Of a stretch of DNA of 64,000 nt, positions 29,921 to 39,976 are shown one piece after another (the first letter of the stretch is position 1; the number at the start of each line of letters is the position of its first letter). The notes beneath the pieces are model-generated. The model was not told the DNA's origin, ran no database searches, and saw nothing but the letters and a program-made list of their open reading frames with translations. Source of the DNA: Planctomycetota bacterium. Its GTDB lineage: Bacteria > Planctomycetota > GCA-002687715 > DRQF01. The position numbers and the translations under genes are program-made. The stretch is taken from positions 337 to 64,336 of the forward strand of contig JBLINQ010000005.1 in the NCBI GenBank assembly GCA_047639315.1. Direction: 5' to 3'.

Positions 29921-32900
29921 TTAGTCCCTGTATGTCTCAATAGCGCCGTGAACATCGCCGGCAACCAGAACGCAGCGACCATCGTATCGGAACGAGATTG
30001 ATCGCGAACCAGACTGAGAACGTAATCCGTGCAAAAGCTTGTCCTGTTCGGCATTGAGAAGGACCTGCGAACCGTCTTCGAGTTCGACCAAGAATTCACT
30101 CCGGTCCAGTGGATAAATGACACCCGTGCTCTCACGCAAAAGAGCCTTCCACTTCTTTCCCAGGACTCGTGTCTGATCGTTGCTACCAATCTCCAAGATG
30201 CCGCCATCTTTGAGAACTCCAAGGAGCCTGGTTCCTGAACGCACTAAGTTACCTTTGATCCGTCTCTCGAGGTCGAACTTAACTGAGCTCTGAAGGTCAC
30301 GTGTAAGCCGGTGCAAACGTCCGAGAATGTCGGTCACAAAAATGGACTGGCCGTGAATGACTGGCTCGCCGTTGTAAGTACCCAAAACTGTCTTTTCGAT
30401 CTTCCGCTTCGAGACATCGATCTCCAGCAAAGACCCAGCTTCATCAACAGCAAAAACACGGCCGGAATCTTCAACGAGATGCAAGATCGGCGACTTGAGT
30501 TTGATCGGATTAGGAAACTCGTTGCCCTTGTTGTCCAAGAAGATAATCCTGGGATTACCGTCATGAGTCGCAACGACGTAGGTCGTACCATGAACAACCA
30601 ATCCAGCGATGGGATCCAAGGAAACTCTCGTATCCCAGTTCTTCGGATCCTTCTTTTCGGCATCAAAGAACATCACGTGCCCTTCGGTTGTCGCGAAAAC
30701 GGCGCCGCCGTTGGCAATAACCAATCCTGTGCATGGGCTCACAAATGACTCTGATTCGACACGCCGAGGTTTCGCGCCCAATGTTTCGGCGCGATAGACG
30801 ACACCGTTGCCAGCCAAGAATACGACCGCTCGACCGTCCAAGGCGACATCGCTGATTCGATCACCAATCTCGCGCCTTTCGGCCGGCAATTTTTCAAGTA
30901 CCACGATCGACTGAAACGGGCTTTCTTCCCAAGATAGGCGCCGCTCTTTGGCGCGGAATCCTGGACGTGAGATTTCGTATTTTGCGTTGGGTGATTCGGC
31001 GGTGAGCTGCAATCGCTTGACACCCCTTGAGTCGAGATTTTCGCGGTCAGAAATAAGGGCGTCAACAGGAGCTGCTATGATCTCGAAAGGAACCCGTAGC
31101 TGTGCCAGCGTTTGCCTGGAGACAACGCGGATCGACTCGATACTGAGCTGATCACGACTCTCTGCGAAGAAGTTCTTTCGAGCCTTTTGATGGGCTGTCT
31201 CGAATTCCCCGTTCGCCAAGTGCTGCTCGATTTCTTTCAGCGCCTTGGTTTCTCGCGTCAGGTGTTCTTCGATCTCTTTCATCCGTCCAGGAATTTGCCG
31301 AGATTCATGTGCGCCCCACGACTGTTGCGAAGATGACCTTAATTCGGCCCAAGCTTTTTCATATGCAGCCAAAGAGTTCTTGAGATCCCCTAAGATCAGG
31401 TGGCTCTTAGCGCGACTAACATGGTCATCAGCCCGCTTACGGCTCTTCTTCTCTTCCTCACGCAACTCCACTTTCGACAGCTGGAACTTTCGCCGTAGAT
31501 TGTGGACTTCGCCAAGGGCACGAGTTTCGTCATCCTTGGCATTCGACGCGGTCATAGTCAAAGGGAAACGATCGGCAATACCAGCGTATCGTTGCGCCTG
31601 AGCTTGCCAACCTTCCTGCGTCACGATGTTCGTTTCAGCTTCATGAATTTGGTCGTACGCAGCCTCTGCGGTGTTGTGATAATAGAGGTATGCGATAATC
31701 GTGGTGACGATCATGACGACAGTGACAAAGAACGCCAAACCCGCCATCTTCTGACGCTTCTGTTGATCCAGTTGACGTTCGATCTCTTGGATCTTCTCGA
31801 GGCAGATATCTTTGGTGACCGAGTCGAAACTGACCACGAGCTTGTAGGCACCAAGAGCTCCCGCGAGATCTCCCATGGCGTGCATTCTGGCCGCCAAGCG
31901 CATGTAGGTCTCGATCGCTTCGTTAATCTGTCCGTTCTTCGCTAAGACTCGCGCCTGCAAGAACGATAACCCAATGTCGTCGGGAGCAATCGTCAAGAGA
32001 TAATCTAAGATCCGTTGCGCATCGGAGTAGCGCGCCGATTCAAAGTAGAAGCTGCACAGTTTCAATCCAAGATCGAAGGTTTCGTGATCCTCATTGTTGA
32101 GCACATCTTCGAGCTGTGAAAGGAGACACAAACCCTGCTCTAACGCACGGAAGTCCGTAGGTAGGATTCCCATCAAGTATTGATAGATGGCTAGAGCTTC
32201 ACGGACTAGCCCTTTCTCAACTAAGGCGATAGCGCAAAACTTGTAATGAGAGGCGGCCTTGGCAATTCGATTTTCACGGAGGTAGGCCTGAGCCAAGCGT
32301 TTGTGCAAGGCGATACTACGACGGTCGTAGCGCACCGCACATTTGAACAGACGAATCCCATCTTCATGGCGGCCGTCTATAACCAACTGGTCACCGACCT
32401 CGATCAAATCATCCAATTCGAGCTTGCGTACGTTGCCACGCTCCTTCAGATTCGAAAGGGCAAGGTCGACGTGGTATCGGGGAAGTCCAGTGGCGTTCGT
32501 GATCTCTGGAGAGCCGCAAACATTATCGATGTGATTGAAAACGATCCTCTCGACGGCGGAAAACTCCAACCCTATCGAGCCCGATTCTGAAGTCGTCTGA
32601 GCCCAAATATGCTTGCCACCGCCGATTTGGTCGATCACTCTCGCCCATTCATCTTGGCGGCGAGCCGCTTCCATGACGGTCAGGTCGAGAACGAAGAATT
32701 GGCGATTCGGGTTTTCTTCTGGCCACGACTCTTCGTCCAGATTGAAGCTGACGTTCTTCCAGAGGAAGATCTCGAGGATCAGCTCCTCGTGAAGCCTGCG
32801 GGTAGCGCCTTCAACTTGCTCCCTGGTGATGGTCCCTCTTTTCTCAAGGAATTCCACCGCGGGAACCTGAAACTGCCCCGACTTCGTCAAGGCATCGGTG

Positions 32901-33124
32901 TAATCGTCGTAGCTCAGCTCTCCTTGATCCACCAAGATCGCGGCCAAATCCTGATTCTTGGGCATCTCCAAGAGTCCAATTCGATCGGCGTCGAGAACCA
33001 GGGCCCGTTTCTCAAGAATATTTTCGCGATTCTGGAGACGGAGAACTCCCTGTTTTCGATTCATGGCCAACATCTGGAAGACATTGGACAAGTCGATACT
33101 CAGTAAATCACCTCGAATGGCCAT
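29921..33124 (-). CDS. DUF4388(PATAN)-TPR-transmembrane-beta-propeller protein, 1067 aa
   Basis: The N-terminus RGDLLSIDLSNVFQMLAMNRKQGVLRL matches the DUF4388 signature. TPR-like helices span ~250-450, a single TM lies at ~460-482, and the C-terminal ~350 aa has a repeated beta-strand pattern. Confidence 0.7.
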   Translation of the reverse strand: MAIRGDLLSIDLSNVFQMLAMNRKQGVLRLQNRENILEKRALVLDADRIGLLEMPKNQDLAAILVDQGELSYDDYTDALTKSGQFQVPAVEFLEKRGTITREQVEGATRRLHEELILEIFLWKNVSFNLDEESWPEENPNRQFFVLDLTVMEAARRQDEWARVIDQIGGGKHIWAQTTSESGSIGLEFSAVERIVFNHIDNVCGSPEITNATGLPRYHVDLALSNLKERGNVRKLELDDLIEVGDQLVIDGRHEDGIRLFKCAVRYDRRSIALHKRLAQAYLRENRIAKAASHYKFCAIALVEKGLVREALAIYQYLMGILPTDFRALEQGLCLLSQLEDVLNNEDHETFDLGLKLCSFYFESARYSDAQRILDYLLTIAPDDIGLSFLQARVLAKNGQINEAIETYMRLAARMHAMGDLAGALGAYKLVVSFDSVTKDICLEKIQEIERQLDQQKRQKMAGLAFFVTVVMIVTTIIAYLYYHNTAEAAYDQIHEAETNIVTQEGWQAQAQRYAGIADRFPLTMTASNAKDDETRALGEVHNLRRKFQLSKVELREEEKKSRKRADDHVSRAKSHLILGDLKNSLAAYEKAWAELRSSSQQSWGAHESRQIPGRMKEIEEHLTRETKALKEIEQHLANGEFETAHQKARKNFFAESRDQLSIESIRVVSRQTLAQLRVPFEIIAAPVDALISDRENLDSRGVKRLQLTAESPNAKYEISRPGFRAKERRLSWEESPFQSIVVLEKLPAERREIGDRISDVALDGRAVVFLAGNGVVYRAETLGAKPRRVESESFVSPCTGLVIANGGAVFATTEGHVMFFDAEKKDPKNWDTRVSLDPIAGLVVHGTTYVVATHDGNPRIIFLDNKGNEFPNPIKLKSPILHLVEDSGRVFAVDEAGSLLEIDVSKRKIEKTVLGTYNGEPVIHGQSIFVTDILGRLHRLTRDLQSSVKFDLERRIKGNLVRSGTRLLGVLKDGGILEIGSNDQTRVLGKKWKALLRESTGVIYPLDRSEFLVELEDGSQVLLNAEQDKLLHGLRSQSGSRSISFRYDGRCVLVAGDVHGAIETYRD

Positions 33125-33413
33125 GCAGGGATCCTCGCACGTGGTTCATGGGTGCCTCTGCATTGATCGAGGAACCCAGAGAAAACTCTGATTGTCTTAT
33201 CGGCTAAAAGAGCCACAATGGATGAGAACGAATGGTGATGGACTTGTCACATTTTTTGGCTTGAGCTCCTGACACCGCGGCATGCCTAAGTTACTTCAGG
33301 CAATAGAGTTAAGTCTGATCGGCCCGAGAATGGCACATTTCGGATAGGTTGAGTAGAATCCCAGACCTGCTATGGGTTCGCTAATTAGGCAGGTTGAGCC
33401 CGGAGGGGAAGCC

Positions 33414-33995
33414 ATGAATTCCAACGACAATCGAACACGATCGACCACTAAAAGAGCTTGGCTCAATGTGAGTGGCCGCTGGCAATTCTTCCGGGGGCGG
33501 AGCTGCCATAGCTTCGATTTGTCCTACGAGAAATTCCACCGCCTGCTTGACCTCAATCCCCATTCTTTCACCGCCCACTTCTATCTTGGCCAGATCGCTC
33601 GCGAACGGGGCCAAGCCCGATTGGCTTTTGACCACTACTTGGCCGCCTATCGCAGCTCAGTTACCGCCTTCAATCGGAGCAAATTGCCCGATGATCTCAA
33701 GAATCACATCGCTCTGCGCCATGGACTTAGTCGCTCAAAGCGCGTCGTTTTCCATGAGCTCGGCCAACAAACTGGTCCCAGCATTATTCGAGCTGAATTT
33801 GAGGCCATCGATCACACCGGATTTGGCCGCCATCCAGAATTTGAGATCCATCTGCCTCAAAATCAGGAAATTGGTGTCACCGATTTCAGCAGCACTGAGG
33901 AAGCCCAGAAGTTCGAAGACCGGGCGCCAATTTCCCAGGAAGAACTCGAGTCAGTAGACCTGGAAGTGCTCATCAGCCAGTTGATGGCTGAATAA
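33414..33995 (+). CDS. hypothetical protein with a TPR-like segment
   Basis: ATG at 33414, preceded by GGAGGGG; 193 aa. Confidence 0.5.
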   Translation: MNSNDNRTRSTTKRAWLNVSGRWQFFRGRSCHSFDLSYEKFHRLLDLNPHSFTAHFYLGQIARERGQARLAFDHYLAAYRSSVTAFNRSKLPDDLKNHIALRHGLSRSKRVVFHELGQQTGPSIIRAEFEAIDHTGFGRHPEFEIHLPQNQEIGVTDFSSTEEAQKFEDRAPISQEELESVDLEVLISQLMAE

Positions 33996-34148
33996 TAGAC
34001 TCCTACCCCAATTTTAGGCTGTTTTTGACCGGGTATTCCGCCCCTCGTCTCTGTTCCTGAGGCCGGGAGGTGCATATCATGATTGTAATGACGCGTCGGG
34101 GCATTTTTCGAGTCCGGCCAACGTCAAGATCAGCACAGAAGGAAACTT

Positions 34149-35255
34149 ATGAAGCGCACACCACTCCACCAGAAGCACGTGGATGCCCAGGCTCGGATGA
34201 TTGATTTTGGCGGTTGGGACATGCCCGTCATGTACACCGACATCAAAAGCGAACATAAAGTGATCCGCAATGGTGTTGGCCTTTTCGACCTGTGCCACAT
34301 GGGACGAGTCCGGATCCATGGCCCAATGGCCCATGACCTCGTTCAAAAAGCCCAAACGAACAACCTGAACACGATCAAAGTGGGTCAAATCCGCTACGCC
34401 ATGTTGTTGCAAGACGACGGCGGTGTCATCGACGATATCTTGGTCCACCACCGGGAGAACGATATTTTCTTGGTGATCAACGCTTCGAATCGCGAACGAG
34501 ATGTGGCACGCCTGCATGAACTCGCGGCGGGCATGGACGTGACCATTGATGACGTTTCAGATGAAATGTCCATGATTGCTGTGCAAGGCCCTCTTTCTGA
34601 GAAAGTCGTCGCCAAAGTCGCACCTGAAATGGCTGTTTCAGATCTCGGCTATTACCAATTGGCTGAAGGCACGATCATGGGGCAGCCAGCTATGCTGACG
34701 CGAACCGGCTATACCGGCGAAGACGGCTTCGAGATTTACGCGCCAACTTCGATCATCGCAGACCTTTGGGATCTCACTCTTGCTGAAGGCAAAGAAGAAG
34801 ACATCCAATGCTGCGGTCTTGGCGCTCGCGACACCCTGCGCTTAGAAGCAGGCATGCCCCTCTACGGGCATGAAATCACCGAAGACATCAATCCTGTTGA
34901 AGCAGGACTCATGTTCGGTGTCCGCCTTAAGAAACCAGACTATCCCGGCAAAGATGTCATCGCTCGCGTGAAAGCTGAAGGGCCCAAGCGACGCATTGTC
35001 GGTTTGACCGTTGAAGGGCGTCGTATTCCTCGCGAAGGATACTCAATCATGAATGGCGACACAGTCGTCGGCCATGTGGCCAGCGGCAGCTGGTCGCCGA
35101 CATTCGAATGTGCCATCGCCACGGCTTTGGTTGCTTCGGAGGTCTTGGATGACGCCCCAAAGTTGGAAGTAGATATTCGCGGCAAGCGCGCTTCGGCGCA
35201 GTTGGTTGACTTGCCGTTTTACAAGCGAGACGGAAGTGGATCGCTTAACAGTTAA
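34149..35255 (+). CDS. gcvT: glycine cleavage system aminomethyltransferase (T protein)
   Basis: MKRTPLHQKHVDAQARMIDFGGWDMPVMY... is the classic GcvT N-terminus; 368 aa. Confidence 0.92.
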   Translation: MKRTPLHQKHVDAQARMIDFGGWDMPVMYTDIKSEHKVIRNGVGLFDLCHMGRVRIHGPMAHDLVQKAQTNNLNTIKVGQIRYAMLLQDDGGVIDDILVHHRENDIFLVINASNRERDVARLHELAAGMDVTIDDVSDEMSMIAVQGPLSEKVVAKVAPEMAVSDLGYYQLAEGTIMGQPAMLTRTGYTGEDGFEIYAPTSIIADLWDLTLAEGKEEDIQCCGLGARDTLRLEAGMPLYGHEITEDINPVEAGLMFGVRLKKPDYPGKDVIARVKAEGPKRRIVGLTVEGRRIPREGYSIMNGDTVVGHVASGSWSPTFECAIATALVASEVLDDAPKLEVDIRGKRASAQLVDLPFYKRDGSGSLNS

Positions 35256-35263
35256 CTCGTTGG

Positions 35264-35662
35264 ATGGAGATGCCTCGAATGCGTCCAGAAGATCGTAAAT
35301 ACTTGGAATCACATGAGTGGGTCAAAGTTGAAGGTGACCACGCTTACATCGGAATCACCGACTACGCCGTGGGTCATCTTTCAGATTTAGTCTTTCTCGA
35401 TTTGCCTGACATCGGAACAGATCTCATGATGAAAGAGCCATTTGCTGAGATCGAATCAGTGAAGGCTGTCTCAGATCTTTACTGCCCAGTGACCGGAGAA
35501 GTGGTCGAACACAACGAAGAGTTGCTCGGCGACCTCAATATCTTGACATCCGACCCATGGAACAAAGGGTGGATGGTCAAAGTTCTGCTCCAGATTCCAT
35601 CGGAAGTCGATGGGCTCATGGATGCAGCCGCTTACGAAAAATCCCTCGAAAACGCCGACTAA
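35264..35662 (+). CDS. gcvH: glycine cleavage system H protein
   Basis: YLESHEWVKVEG and the lipoyl-lysine context EIESVKAVSDLYCP are present. The start may be a few codons downstream. Confidence 0.9.
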   Translation: MEMPRMRPEDRKYLESHEWVKVEGDHAYIGITDYAVGHLSDLVFLDLPDIGTDLMMKEPFAEIESVKAVSDLYCPVTGEVVEHNEELLGDLNILTSDPWNKGWMVKVLLQIPSEVDGLMDAAAYEKSLENAD

Positions 35663-35680
35663 GAAGACGGACAAGAAACG

Positions 35681-36994
35681 ATGAGATACAGCGCAATTAC
35701 GCCAGCGGCCCGACGCGAGATGCTTGAACGCATCGGAGTGAAGGACGCCAGCGAACTGATGGCGAGCATCCCAGAAGATGTACGGATGAGCGAACCGATT
35801 CAGGTTCCTGGTCCGATGGCAGAGGCGGAGCTTTGCGGCAGACTTGAGTCAATCAAGGGCCGCCGACCAAAGCTCTCTTTTGCCGGAGCTGGGCTCTACC
35901 AACACTACGTTCCCGCCACAGTCAATTCGCTTGCTGCTCGCAGCGAGTGGGTCACGAGCTACACCCCCTACCAGCCAGAATTGGCCCAAGGGACGCTCAC
36001 GATGTACTACGAGTTTCAGACGTACATCGCTCAATTGACTGGGCAGGAGATAGCAAACGGTGGCATGTACGATGGTTCAACCTCCATGGTTGAAGCTATC
36101 CTCATGGCTATTCGATTGCGGGCCAAGGCCGACAAGGTTGTCTATGCCTCTGCTGGCCTTCATCCTTCTTACGCCGAAGTCTTACACACCTACATGCGTT
36201 TCGCCGATGTCAAGGTTGTCAGTGTCGCTCTCGACCCGGCAACTGGAAAAACTGATTGGAGCACAGTCAGTGGTTTAGAAAACGCCACTGCTGTGATCGT
36301 TCAGTCGCCAAACTTCTTTGGCATGATCGAAGATTGTGACGGCTTGCCAGAGAAAGCATTCAAAGTTGGTGTCTGCACCGAAGCGCTCTCGATGGCAATG
36401 CTGAAACCTTTGGCAGTCGACATCATGACTGGCGAATGCCAAAGCTTCGGAATCCCCATGCAGTTGGGTGGCCCGACAGCCGGCTTCTTCGCCACCAAAA
36501 AATCACTGGTCCGCAAGATGCCTGGCCGCTTGGTTGGTCGCACGGTCGACGCCGTTGGCAACGAAGCTTTCTGCATCACCCTGGCGACTCGCGAGCAGTT
36601 CATCCGCCGCGAAAAAGCCACGAGCAACATCTGCACCTCATCCGGTCTGATGTGCCTTCGAGCCACCCTTTACTTGTCGCTCATGGGAGGAAAAGGCCTC
36701 GCTGATCTTGCCCGCAAGAACACATCTGCAGCCGCCTTCTTCGCCAAGGGCTTAGAAGACTTGGGCTTCCCAAGAGTGTACTCAGGCCCAATCTTCAATG
36801 AATTCGTGATTGACACGTCATCGCGCCCCGGAGCTTTCCAAAAGCTCTTGGACAACGACATCGTCTTGGGTGTTTCCTTGGAACGTTTCGATAGCGAGCG
36901 CAAAGGTCAATACCTCGTCGCCGTCACCGAAATGCAATACGGACGTGCCGAAGCGCACATGCAGGAGATCAAAGACCTTGTTCTGCAATCCTGA
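35681..36994 (+). CDS. gcvPA: glycine dehydrogenase (decarboxylating) subunit 1
   Basis: 437 aa with SYTPYQPELAQGTL, typical of P-protein subunit 1. Confidence 0.9.
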   Translation: MRYSAITPAARREMLERIGVKDASELMASIPEDVRMSEPIQVPGPMAEAELCGRLESIKGRRPKLSFAGAGLYQHYVPATVNSLAARSEWVTSYTPYQPELAQGTLTMYYEFQTYIAQLTGQEIANGGMYDGSTSMVEAILMAIRLRAKADKVVYASAGLHPSYAEVLHTYMRFADVKVVSVALDPATGKTDWSTVSGLENATAVIVQSPNFFGMIEDCDGLPEKAFKVGVCTEALSMAMLKPLAVDIMTGECQSFGIPMQLGGPTAGFFATKKSLVRKMPGRLVGRTVDAVGNEAFCITLATREQFIRREKATSNICTSSGLMCLRATLYLSLMGGKGLADLARKNTSAAAFFAKGLEDLGFPRVYSGPIFNEFVIDTSSRPGAFQKLLDNDIVLGVSLERFDSERKGQYLVAVTEMQYGRAEAHMQEIKDLVLQS

Positions 36995-37010
36995 AAAATC
37001 AATCTTCCCG

Positions 37011-38399
37011 TTGACGGACCAAGCCCTGGGTGGCTTTAAGGTCGTTGGTGCCAACGCACCAGTGGATGCCTTTTGCCCAGATCTCCCCGAACGCGAAGAC
37101 ATCAGCGGCGGTATGAGCCAAACAACGGAAATCGACGTTGTTCGCCACTACACTCGCCTGTCACTTCTCAACTTCGACATCGATCGTGGCATGTACCCTC
37201 TGGGTAGCTGCACAATGAAGCACAACCCGCGACTCAACGAAGTCGTAGCCGCTGATCCTCATTGGGCTGATTGCCATCCGTTTTGGCCAGACGAATTTTT
37301 GACTGGTCATCACATCATCATGGAAGAGGTGCGAGACGACCTCAAAGCCCTGTCCGGCTTTGATGAAGTGTCTATTCTGCCAGCCGCAGGTGCTCATGGA
37401 GAATTGACATCAACTTTCATGATCAAGGCCTATCACGAGGATCAAGGCAACACGCACAAGAAAGTCATCCTGACACCGGACACCGCTCACGGTACAAACC
37501 CGGCCTCAGCGGCGATGGCTGGCTTTGATTGCAAAGAAATCGCCAGTGGGCCTGATGGCTACTTGCGCTACGAAGATGTCCTGCCCCATCTCACCGATGA
37601 CGTTGCCGCGTTGATGGTGACCAACCCGAACACCCTCGGCATCTACGAGAAAGACTTTGCTCGTATTGCTAAGGCGGTTCACGACATCGATGGCTTGATC
37701 TACATGGACGGCGCCAACTTCAACGCCATCATGGGAGTCTTCCAACCGGGCAAGATCGGCGCCGATCTCATGCACTGGAATCTCCATAAGACATTCACAA
37801 CCCCCCACGGCGGTGGTGGACCAGGTTCAGGGCCAATTGGCTTCAATGAGAAACTGGCGCGTTACGCCCCAGAGAGCGATTCCGATACCAGCATCGGTTC
37901 GATCAAAGCCTACTTCGGTCAGTGGGGCATGTTCATCCGGACGTGGTGCTACATCCGCGCCCTCGGTGGCGTAGGTCTTGCCGAAGTCACCGAAGAGGCG
38001 ATCATCAACGCCAACTATCTTCGCAAAGAACTCGAGGGAGTCCTGGACATCGCCTACGAGACCCAGACCCTGCATGAATCGGTTTTCACCGATAAGAATT
38101 TCCCCAACGGCGTGATCACCAAAGATTTGGCCAAGCGGCTGATCGACTACGGCTTCCATCCGCCAACCGTGTACTTCCCGATCATGGTCGATGGTGCCAT
38201 CATGATGGAACCAACAGAGACCGAGCCGAAGCACGAACTCGATCGCTTCGTCACGGCCATCAAGTCGATAGTTGCTGAAATGGAATCTGATCCAGACTTG
38301 GTCAAGAATGCGCCACACACAACGACTGTGCGACGTGTTGATGAGACCCGGGCAGCAAGACAGCTCGACCTGCGTTGGTCTGACCCTCAGAATTCCTAA
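37011..38399 (+). CDS. gcvPB: glycine dehydrogenase (decarboxylating) subunit 2
   Basis: EIDVVRHYTRLS, GSCTMKHNP and the PLP-lysine context NLHKTFTTPHGGGGPG are present. No ATG or GTG lies between the gcvPA stop and the conserved region, so the TTG at 37011 is assigned provisionally. Confidence 0.85.
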   Translation: MTDQALGGFKVVGANAPVDAFCPDLPEREDISGGMSQTTEIDVVRHYTRLSLLNFDIDRGMYPLGSCTMKHNPRLNEVVAADPHWADCHPFWPDEFLTGHHIIMEEVRDDLKALSGFDEVSILPAAGAHGELTSTFMIKAYHEDQGNTHKKVILTPDTAHGTNPASAAMAGFDCKEIASGPDGYLRYEDVLPHLTDDVAALMVTNPNTLGIYEKDFARIAKAVHDIDGLIYMDGANFNAIMGVFQPGKIGADLMHWNLHKTFTTPHGGGGPGSGPIGFNEKLARYAPESDSDTSIGSIKAYFGQWGMFIRTWCYIRALGGVGLAEVTEEAIINANYLRKELEGVLDIAYETQTLHESVFTDKNFPNGVITKDLAKRLIDYGFHPPTVYFPIMVDGAIMMEPTETEPKHELDRFVTAIKSIVAEMESDPDLVKNAPHTTTVRRVDETRAARQLDLRWSDPQNS

Positions 38400-38415
38400 G
38401 ACGGAACGAGATAGA

Positions 38416-39156
38416 ATGCGCCTCATTATCGATCCTGATCCTGGAACACCTTCCTGGAACATGGCCGTTGATGAGGCGCTTCTGAATTCTGACGCCCCAC
38501 TCACACTCCGCTTCTACTGCTGGTCGCCCCATGGGCTTTCGCTTGGTTACTTCCAAGATGACCTCGATGACGAAGCCCTCAAGCACTGGAACGACCTCAA
38601 CGTGCAGGTGGTGAGGCGGCTGACTGGCGGCGGTGCCATCCTACATGGTGAGGAAATCACCTACAGCCTTACCGGCCCCGATGGTCAGTTCCCTTTTGAT
38701 GGTCATGTCGACCAGTCCTACAAATTGGTTCACGACACTCTGATTAAGAGCCTCCAAGAGATGGGTGTGCCAGCCGCCTACGCCGGCAAATCACCTTCGG
38801 CTTTGAAGCGTCATGAACAGCCATTCTTCTGCTTCACTCGATCCACTTGCTTGGACATTCTGGCGCAGGACCGCAAGCTGGTTGGCTCGGCAAAACGTCG
38901 GCGGAACAAACGCGTCTTGCAACATGGCTCCATCGTGTTGGCTCCGCATCCCCACGGTGGCCCAATGGCGAGCGTGCAGGAGTGGTGCCCGGTGCCACCG
39001 GATGTCGGCGACTTAATGCGGCAGCTCGGGTCTCAAATTGCAGACGAACTGCAGCTCAGTATCGAGCCGACATCGCTTGCCGACAACGTACTTAACTCTG
39101 CTCATCTGATTGAGTTAGAGAAATATTTCGACCACCGCCGCCGCCCCAAGAGATAG
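38416..39156 (+). CDS. lipoate-protein ligase / octanoyltransferase family protein (LplA/LipM-like)
   Basis: From the ATG at 38416: PSWNMAVDEALL...RFYCWSPHGLSLGYFQ...RRLTGGGAILHG...KLVGSAKRR. Confidence 0.8.
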   Translation: MRLIIDPDPGTPSWNMAVDEALLNSDAPLTLRFYCWSPHGLSLGYFQDDLDDEALKHWNDLNVQVVRRLTGGGAILHGEEITYSLTGPDGQFPFDGHVDQSYKLVHDTLIKSLQEMGVPAAYAGKSPSALKRHEQPFFCFTRSTCLDILAQDRKLVGSAKRRRNKRVLQHGSIVLAPHPHGGPMASVQEWCPVPPDVGDLMRQLGSQIADELQLSIEPTSLADNVLNSAHLIELEKYFDHRRRPKR

Positions 39157-39217
39157 GATCAGCTCGAGACCAGCTCTTTCGCTTGAGTTTTTATGCTCAT
39201 TTGTCGATAGGGAACCG

Positions 39218-39967
39218 ATGGATGAATTATTTCGAAAAAACGTAAAGTTCTTCTTAGCTGGGACACTCAGCAAGAACGAGACACTCAAGTTCTTGGATCA
39301 GGTCAAAGAATTTGAGGCATGCAGGGTGTATCTGGAAGAACAAGTCCGACTGTCGTCGGCGAGTCATCAACCACACATGGCAGCTCCCAATCGGCTGCCA
39401 GGTCACGGTTGTAGCTCTGCCACGCCTCGGCGTTCGAGCGTCTCCTCATCGCCAATTGATTCGCCGCACCTGGGAGCAATCCTTCGACCTCGACGCGGCA
39501 TCGGTGCTAAGAAGACACTCATGTTCGGCTGCTTGTTGCTCGCCGTGCTTTATGCGCTTCGACCTGCCCTAACGGAGGACGATAAACCGGAACTCACGGC
39601 GACCGATGTCGTTGTTGCCGAAGCCTTGACTGATGGGGCTCCCATTTCGACATCGCCAAAGGGTTCCTACCAGTCTCGCCCGATGATCATCTCAGCCTTC
39701 TTTCCCAGTGGTAACGAATCAGCGCGACTCGTGTTCTTGTCTAGTGGCGTCAGCATCTTGGACTGGAGTTTCAAGCAAGGCGACTGGGGCGTTCAATTTG
39801 ATACGACCAAAGTTCCAAGCACAACTGGTGAGCTACCAGCCTTGGAAGTTGTCTTGCCATTTCCCGACAAGACCACTCTTCCTCTTGAGAAGGGTAAGCG
39901 CTATTTCTATTTTCTTGAACTGCCCAATGGTCGGCAGTCTGCGCCTCAATCCATCGACATCCGCTGA
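39218..39967 (+). CDS. hypothetical single-pass membrane protein
   Basis: 249-aa ORF with a TM at TLMFGCLLLAVLYAL and a Ser/Pro-rich linker. Confidence 0.5.
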   Translation: MDELFRKNVKFFLAGTLSKNETLKFLDQVKEFEACRVYLEEQVRLSSASHQPHMAAPNRLPGHGCSSATPRRSSVSSSPIDSPHLGAILRPRRGIGAKKTLMFGCLLLAVLYALRPALTEDDKPELTATDVVVAEALTDGAPISTSPKGSYQSRPMIISAFFPSGNESARLVFLSSGVSILDWSFKQGDWGVQFDTTKVPSTTGELPALEVVLPFPDKTTLPLEKGKRYFYFLELPNGRQSAPQSIDIR

Positions 39968-39976
39968 GGATGGCTT

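Noticed and set aside
33331-33346. Sigma-54 promoter (TGGCAC) near the DUF4388 / TPR divergent region, and a second TGGCAC at 56579
   Set aside because: A TGGCAC is present, but the -12 TTGC element is missing at the required 5-nt spacing in both cases. The 56579 copy is part of a repeat arm.
33996-34148. Glycine riboswitch upstream of gcvT
   Set aside because: I looked for the conserved GGAGAG...CACCG / ACCGAAGGGGCAA-type elements and did not find them on the plus strand. A covariance-model scan would be the decisive test.
36810-37010. Upstream extension of gcvPB from the track
   Set aside because: It overlaps the conserved 3' end of gcvPA out of frame, and the translated extension has no GcvPB similarity.
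38272-38415. Upstream extension of the lipoate ligase ORF
   Set aside because: It overlaps the gcvPB 3' end. The conserved LplA-like N-terminus begins at the ATG at 38416.
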